NCBI GenBank assembly: GCA_963810755.1 | Contig: CAWEOP010000003.1 | Span: 801,395 to 865,394 of the forward strand | Length of the DNA stretch: 64,000 nt | Reading direction: 5' to 3' | From: an uncultured Gammaproteobacteria bacterium | GTDB taxonomy: Bacteria > Pseudomonadota > Gammaproteobacteria > Steroidobacterales > Rariloculaceae | Part shown: positions 58,966 through 64,000 of the stretch, piece after piece | Layout of the letters: the number at the start of each line of letters is the position of its first letter | Numbering within the stretch: position 1 is the stretch's first letter | Translations under genes and position numbers: made by a program | Notes under the pieces: generated by a model | Told to the model about the DNA's origin: nothing | Seen by the model: only the letters and a program-made list of their open reading frames with translations | Databases searched by the model: none

Positions 58966-60354
58966 CTAGGCCCAGATCTCCTCGTCCGTCGGCACCTTCT
59001 TGCCCGTGATGACCTTGCCGATCCGCGACACGTTCATCAGGTGCTTGTAGTCCAAGTTCTCGGAGATCGAGTTGCCGCCCCACGACCCGCAGCCGAGCGT
59101 GGTCGTCGGCGCGAAACCGTTCGTGAGCGAGCCGCCCGCGGTCAGCGAGCTCGCCTGGTTCACGACGAGCCGGCTGATCGGTAGCTCCACGCCCGCTTCG
59201 CGGATGTTCTTCTCGTTGTTCGAGTGCAGCGCGGCCGAGTGGCCCGCGCCTTCGACGAGCAGATTCGCCTTCGCCTTGCTGACCGCCTCGTGGAAGGTCT
59301 TGTACGGCAGGATCGCGACGACGGGGCACAGCTTCTCCTTCGCGAGGATGTCGGCGGTGCCGGCGCCCTTCGCGGGCAGCAGGATGATCCGCGCGCTCGC
59401 GGGCACGTCGATGCCGGCCATCGCGCCGATCTCGCGTGCGGTGCGGCCGACGACGTCCTTGTTCAAATGACCGTCGACGAACACGACGTCGCGGAGCTTC
59501 TGGACTTGCTTCTCGTCCTTCGTGAACCACACCTTGCCGGTGTCGTTGAACTGCTTGACGGTCTCGTCGTAGCTCTCTTCGGGAGTGAGCACGAATTGCT
59601 CGTGCGAGCAAATGATGCCGTTGTCGAACGCGGCGCCCGTCACGATCTTGCCGACCGCGTCCTTGATGTCGACACCGCGGTCGATGATCACCGGCACGTT
59701 GCCCGCGCCGACGCCGTAGGACGGCTTGCCCGAGGAGTACGCGCTCTTCACCATCGCGCCGCCGCCGGTCGCGACGACCACGTCGACGGACTTCATGAGC
59801 TCTTGCGTCTTTTCGACCGAGCCCTTCTTGATCGTCTGAACGAGATTGTCCGGGCCGCCGTGCTTCTTGACGATCTTCATGAACTCTTTCGTCAGATGCT
59901 CGGTGCACTTCTGCGCCTTCGGATGCGGCGCGAAGATCACGGCGTTGCCGGCCTTGAGCGCGAACATGCCGTTGCACATCGGCGTCGCAATCGGGTTCGT
60001 CACGGGGCACACGGCGCCGACGACGCCCATCGGCTTCGCGACGAACACAAGGTTGTTCTCCGCGTCCTCGCCGATGATGCCGCGCGACTTCTTGCCCTTC
60101 AGGTTGTTCCAGATGACGCGGGCCTTGCCCTTCTTCTTGAGGATCTTGTCCTCGTAGTTGCCGATGCCGGTCTCGTCCACCGCCATGCGTGCGAGCGACT
60201 CGGCGTTGTCGTACACGAACTTCGCCATGTCGCGAACGATCGCGTCGACCTTCTCCTGGGAGAACTCTTCGTAGACGGCTTGCGCGGCGCGGGCCTTGGC
60301 AACCAATTCTTTGACTTCGTTATCAGCGACGACGGCGCGTTCCGGCATGCTCAT
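58966..60354 (-). CDS. CoA-acylating aldehyde dehydrogenase (SucD/EutE/SauS-like)
   Basis: An intact 462-aa ORF. It has the ALDH-superfamily short acylating type with the catalytic Cys context FDNGIICSHEQ and GAGHSA. Confidence 0.85.
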   Translation of the reverse strand: MSMPERAVVADNEVKELVAKARAAQAVYEEFSQEKVDAIVRDMAKFVYDNAESLARMAVDETGIGNYEDKILKKKGKARVIWNNLKGKKSRGIIGEDAENNLVFVAKPMGVVGAVCPVTNPIATPMCNGMFALKAGNAVIFAPHPKAQKCTEHLTKEFMKIVKKHGGPDNLVQTIKKGSVEKTQELMKSVDVVVATGGGAMVKSAYSSGKPSYGVGAGNVPVIIDRGVDIKDAVGKIVTGAAFDNGIICSHEQFVLTPEESYDETVKQFNDTGKVWFTKDEKQVQKLRDVVFVDGHLNKDVVGRTAREIGAMAGIDVPASARIILLPAKGAGTADILAKEKLCPVVAILPYKTFHEAVSKAKANLLVEGAGHSAALHSNNEKNIREAGVELPISRLVVNQASSLTAGGSLTNGFAPTTTLGCGSWGGNSISENLDYKHLMNVSRIGKVITGKKVPTDEEIWA

Positions 60355-60491
60355 GGAGATCTCCTGCGTGTCCTTACCTGGACGTTCGAAAGTGGCGGTA
60401 GGGCGGCCCTCTTAATAGAGGATTATCCAAGGTTGACGGCTTTTCGAGCAACCCGCACGATGCCGCAGGCGACAATAATAAAGGCAGCCCC

Positions 60492-61280
60492 GTGCAGAGC
60501 GGCTATTGGCAAGACCGCACCACCGCGGATTTCCGGCTCGTCGACCCCGAAGCGACCGTCGCGCTGCTGCCGGTCGCGGCCGTCGAGCAGCACGGTCCGC
60601 ACCTCCCGCTGTCCACCGACGCGGTCATCAACGAAGGCATCGTGCGCGCGGCGCTGCAGCAGGTTCCCCCGCAAGCGGTGCTGCTGGTCCTACCGGCTTT
60701 GAGCATCGGCTTGAGCCCTGAGCACACGAGCTTCGGCGGCACGCTGACGATCGCGGATACGACGCTCGCGGACGTCTGGACCGACGTCGGCCGCAGCGTC
60801 GCGCGGGCGGGGGTGCGCAAGCTCGTGATTCTCAATACCCACGGCGGGCAAAAGGCGCTCGTCGACCTCGTCGCGATGCGGCTGCGCGCGGAGTGCGCGA
60901 TGCTCGTTGCGCGCGCCACCTATTTCGCCTTCGGGACGCCGCCGGGCGTCTTCGACGCCGCGGAAGCCGCGCACGACATTCACGGCGGCGAGATCGAGAC
61001 GTCGCTGCTGCTGCACCTCGCACCCGCGCTCGTGCGCACGGAGGCGCTCGCCGACTTCAAGGGCTTGCCGCACGCGCTCGCGGCGCGCAACCGCGTGCTC
61101 GGCGCCGAGAAGCCGGTGGGCATCGGCTGGCGCAGCGAGGATCTGCACCCGTCCGGCGCGTGCGGTAACGCGACGCGCGCGGACGCGCGGAAAGGCGCGA
61201 AGCACCTCGCGTACCTCGCCGAGCGACTCGCGCTGTTAGTGGGCGAGCTGGCCGCGACGCCGCTCACGACGCTGAAATAG
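60492..61280 (+). CDS. creatininase-family amidohydrolase
   Basis: GTG start. LLPVAAVEQHGPHLPLSTD, LNTHGGQ and HGGEIETS are the creatininase-fold metal-site motifs. Confidence 0.85.
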   Translation: MQSGYWQDRTTADFRLVDPEATVALLPVAAVEQHGPHLPLSTDAVINEGIVRAALQQVPPQAVLLVLPALSIGLSPEHTSFGGTLTIADTTLADVWTDVGRSVARAGVRKLVILNTHGGQKALVDLVAMRLRAECAMLVARATYFAFGTPPGVFDAAEAAHDIHGGEIETSLLLHLAPALVRTEALADFKGLPHALAARNRVLGAEKPVGIGWRSEDLHPSGACGNATRADARKGAKHLAYLAERLALLVGELAATPLTTLK

Positions 61281-61312
61281 GCGCGCCGCAGGTTCGGCTC
61301 GCGCGGCGCGCC
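61280..61312 (+). terminator. 10-bp perfect GC hairpin directly after the creatininase-family stop
   Basis: GGCGCGCCGC (61280-61289), a 13-nt loop, and GCGGCGCGCC (61303-61312). There is no T-tract, so it is a terminator only in the loose high-GC sense. Confidence 0.35.
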
Positions 61313-61450
61313 CGTCGGGGAAGGCTCTGAAAAAAAGCGCGCGCGGCGCATCCGGGGCCGTGCAACTCGCATCTTGTGGAGCTATTCGGTCGAGTCGCGC
61401 GCGGCGTTGGTGCTCGCGCGGACGCGATTCGACAATAACGGGAGCGAAGC

Positions 61451-61918
61451 ATGATTAGCCTGGGAGCTGCTGCATTTTGGATCTCTTTGGCCGCGGTTCT
61501 GATCGCCAGCGGCTGGTTCAAGTCGCGGTCGGAAGCGCAGAAGCACGAGACGCTGCGCCGGATGATCGAGAAGACGGGCACGGTCGACGCGGCTCAGATG
61601 AACGAGCTTTTTCGGCCGGCTGGATCACATTCGGGCTGGACCAATCCCGAGCTGTGGAAGATGCCCGTCTCCCCGCCGGGCGAGAACCGCAAGAATGCGC
61701 GCATATTCGGCGCGCTACTGTTGTCCGTCGCGGCGGCCCTCGAGATTCTGTTCATGATTCTCGCCGCTACGGGTGTCAACGGCCCGAAAGAGACCTCGAT
61801 CGCGTACGCGATCGCGGCGGGGATCGGGGTCTTCGGCGTGGGGATGTTCGGCATTGCGCTGCTCGCGGACCCGCCGCCACCGAAAGGCGAGAGAGAAGGC
61901 GGCGGGACGGCTCGATAG
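61451..61918 (+). CDS. membrane protein of unknown function, first gene of the ECF sigma unit
   Basis: A 155-aa ORF with three hydrophobic helices. It ends 4 nt before the sigma ATG. Confidence 0.55.
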   Translation: MISLGAAAFWISLAAVLIASGWFKSRSEAQKHETLRRMIEKTGTVDAAQMNELFRPAGSHSGWTNPELWKMPVSPPGENRKNARIFGALLLSVAAALEILFMILAATGVNGPKETSIAYAIAAGIGVFGVGMFGIALLADPPPPKGEREGGGTAR

Positions 61919-61922
61919 CTAA

Positions 61923-62475
61923 ATGGACAGCCGGCTATCGGCCGCCGAGCTTCGCGCGGCGGCCGACCCTGATCATCGCGCTCGCCTGCGCGGGCGACAG
62001 CCGCGCGTTCGCGGAGATCGTGACGCGCCGGCATTCGCGCGTGCGCAAGTTCATGTATCACTTGTGCCGCCGGTCGGCGCTAGGCGACGATTTGGCGCAG
62101 CAAGTGTTCCTCACGGCATGGCGATCGGTGCATCAGCTGCGCTCCGCCGCCGCGTTCGATGGCTGGCTCAAACGGATCATGGTGACCACTTGGCTCGAAG
62201 AGGTCCGGCGTCAGAAGATCAGCTACGCGAGCGAGCAAGAGGCGGACGCGAGCGCGGGCTATGCGGAGACGACGGCGGAGCGGATCGACCTCGACGCGGC
62301 GCTCGCGCGGTTGCCGCAGGACGTGCGTCTGTGCCTCGTGCTCGCGTATAACGACGGCATGTCGCACCCGGAAATCGCCGCGCTCACGGGCTTCCCGCTC
62401 GGCACGGTGAAATCGCACATTTCGCGCGGCGCCGCGCGCCTGCGCGACTTGCTCGCGGACTACGAAGGATTGTGA
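61923..62475 (+). pseudogene. ECF (sigma-70 family group IV) RNA polymerase sigma factor; start codon and body in different frames
   Basis: Regions 2 and 4 (AGDSRAFAEIVTRRHSRVRKFMYHLC...DDLAQQVFLTAW, LPQDVRLCLVLAYNDGMSHPEIAALTGFPLGTVKSHISRG) are in the frame of ORF 61477..62475. The only sensible start (ATG 61923, MDSRLSAAELRAAADP) is one frame off. This implies a surplus base around 61940-61975 or a non-canonical start. Confidence 0.8.
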
Positions 62476-62843
62476 GGGCGGAGGCTATGGAACCCAGCGA
62501 ACGCACGGACCCGATCGACCCGAAGCTGCGCGCGCTGTTCGAGCGCGAGCACGCGCACGTCCCCGACGAGCCGTTCTCGAAATTCCTGATGCAGCGCGTC
62601 GCGGCCGAGCGCCGCCGCCGGTTGGTCGCGAGGCGCGTGTTGCAGATCGCGGGCCTTGCGGCCGTAGTCGTGCTCTCGCCATTGCTCGTTGCGGCATCGC
62701 AGGCAGCGTCCGCGAGTCTCGACGCGCTGTTCGCGCTCGTCGAGGAATGGCTGTCGACGCCCGGAGGGATGCTTGCCGCAGCGTTGTGCGCCGTGGGAGC
62801 GCTCGTGATCGCCGCGCTGAGGCGGAGGCCGTCGATCCGTTGA
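62472..62843 (+). CDS. putative anti-sigma factor (single-pass/bitopic membrane protein)
   Basis: GTG overlaps the sigma stop (GTGA), and an alternative ATG is at 62487. It has a short cytoplasmic segment followed by hydrophobic helices. Confidence 0.5.
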   Translation: MRAEAMEPSERTDPIDPKLRALFEREHAHVPDEPFSKFLMQRVAAERRRRLVARRVLQIAGLAAVVVLSPLLVAASQAASASLDALFALVEEWLSTPGGMLAAALCAVGALVIAALRRRPSIR

Positions 62844-62897
62844 GGCCGCGGGACCGCATCGGTGCACGCGCGGCGGCGCGCACGCGCGGTTAGAGCC

Positions 62898-63890
62898 ATG
62901 GCCCGGCGTTCCGCGGCCGACGAGGCCTCGATCGAGAAGCAGCTCGCCGAGCTCGACGCGCTGCCTGCCGATCGAGCTCTGCGGTCCGAGCCGCTCGCCG
63001 CGGCGCTCGCGCACAAGCACTACCGCGTCGTCGCGAAGGCCGCGCGGGTCGCGGCCGACGGGCTGCTCTACGACCTCGTGCCGGCGCTGCGCGGCGCGTA
63101 TCCGCGCTTCCTCGACAAGCCGCTCAAGAGCGACCCGAATTGCTTCGCGAAGAAGGCGATCGTGCGCGCGCTCGTCGCGCTCGACTGCGACGACGTGGAG
63201 TTCTACCTCGCGGGGCTGCGCCTGAAGCAGATGGAGCCCGTCTGGGGCGGCACCGCGGACACGGCCGCAGACGTGCGCGGCAGTTGCGCGATGGGGCTAG
63301 TCGCCAGCGGCGGCCCGCGCGCGCTCGTCGCGCTCGCGGAGTTGCTCTACGACCCGGAGCCCGATGCTCGCATCGGCGCCGTGCGAGCCGCCGCGTGCGG
63401 CAATCCGCGCGAGGCGGAGCTGCTGCTGCGGTCGAAGACGCTGGCCGGCGACGCGGAGCCGGCGATCATCGGCGAGTGCTTCAGCGCGCTCCTGTCGGTG
63501 GAGGCCGAGGAATCGCTCGCGTTCGTCGCACCCTATCTCAAGCACGCCGACCTCGCGCTCCGCGAGCTTGCGGCGCTCGCGATCGGCGAATCGCGCGCGC
63601 CGGGCGCTCTCGAGATCTTGAAGACTGCATGGAACGACGTTGTCGTCGCAGAGGAGTTTCGCTTCGCACTGATTCGCGCGGCCGCCGCACACCGCAGTGA
63701 AGCGGCTTTCGATTGGCTCTTGGGCGTAGCGGCAGAGGCGCGCCGGCCCGTGGCCGAGCACGTGATCGAAACGCTCGCGCTCTACAAGCACAACGCGCGG
63801 CTCGCGCAGCGGCTCGCCGGCGTGCTCAACGCGCGCGGCGACCACGAGCTCGTGGACAGCTTCGGGAGGCTCTGGAAAACGGTGCCGTGA
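62898..63890 (+). CDS. HEAT-repeat protein
   Basis: ORF 62862..63890. ATG 62898. It has repeated helical units with the pattern AR..A..AL..LG......LL....D.D..VR. Confidence 0.65.
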   Translation: MARRSAADEASIEKQLAELDALPADRALRSEPLAAALAHKHYRVVAKAARVAADGLLYDLVPALRGAYPRFLDKPLKSDPNCFAKKAIVRALVALDCDDVEFYLAGLRLKQMEPVWGGTADTAADVRGSCAMGLVASGGPRALVALAELLYDPEPDARIGAVRAAACGNPREAELLLRSKTLAGDAEPAIIGECFSALLSVEAEESLAFVAPYLKHADLALRELAALAIGESRAPGALEILKTAWNDVVVAEEFRFALIRAAAAHRSEAAFDWLLGVAAEARRPVAEHVIETLALYKHNARLAQRLAGVLNARGDHELVDSFGRLWKTVP

Positions 63891-63909
63891 GCGTCGGGCG
63901 CGTGCCGCG

Positions 63910-64000
63910 TCAGCGGCTCCACTCTTCCGCGAGGTGGCCGGCGCGTTCCGTCTTCGCTTTGAGGTAGCGCTCGTTGTGCGAGTTGCTGCTCGTCACGAGC
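63910..64000 (-). CDS. 3' end of an unidentified gene (30 codons, runs off the window end)
   Basis: The minus-strand frame ...LVTSSNSHNERYLKAKTERAGHLAEEWSR-stop (TGA 63910-63912) is open to the window edge. It is too short to identify. Confidence 0.3.
   Translation of the reverse strand, partial: LVTSSNSHNERYLKAKTERAGHLAEEWSR

Overview
This is a 64-kb segment of about 67-68% G+C from a Gram-negative-type, high-GC bacterium. It uses GGAG-type Shine-Dalgarno sites and carries a DUF1592/DUF1552 pair, Kdp, Kup and an ECF sigma factor. I can support about 55 protein-coding genes. I recognised no rRNA, tRNA, CRISPR array, transposase or integrase.

Gene blocks, left to right:
1. DUF1552/DUF1592 pair and a secreted ankyrin-repeat protein.
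2. A secreted protein of unknown family (two diverged copies), a DUF222/HNH endonuclease with two small membrane-protein genes, and an amidohydrolase-unknown-tannase operon.
3. A PAP2 acid phosphatase translationally coupled to an APC permease.
4. yceH, LemA, an SGNH hydrolase, YciI, and a ModE-N-like regulator.
5. A full kdpFABCDE operon preceded by an extra 30-codon hydrophobic micro-ORF and a 545-aa CorA-like (GMN motif) protein, then kup.
6. Cytochrome P460.
7. A divergent molybdenum/tungsten-enzyme cluster: pyrogallol/resorcinol hydroxytransferase-like alpha+beta subunits, an acetylene-hydratase-like MopB enzyme, and a 1238-aa GltD/NfnB-PyrK/NfnA fusion flavoprotein.
8. A VWA protein, then a gallate-dioxygenase-type (LigB+LigA fusion) operon with a bicupin, a SAM-methyltransferase and a GT2 glycosyltransferase.
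9. DUF885, a PD40 beta-propeller protein, an MFS transporter, a BON protein, yhhQ, a DEAD-box helicase, slyD, an acylating aldehyde dehydrogenase and a creatininase-family protein.
10. An ECF sigma/anti-sigma/HEAT-repeat module.

Main observations:
- About 30 single-base frame breaks occur, nearly all behaving as one surplus base. This is probably a sequence-quality artefact. kup is hit roughly ten times more densely than the rest of the window.
- A 44-nt orphan copy of the kup 3' end (40/44 identical, 3 of 4 differences synonymous) forms a direct repeat with the real kup 3' end. The two copies bracket the 10.5-kb CorA-like + kdp segment.
- The Mo-enzyme cluster has an unusual architecture and is the best candidate for an undescribed system.

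All family assignments come from reading the translations and recalling family motifs. No database search was run.
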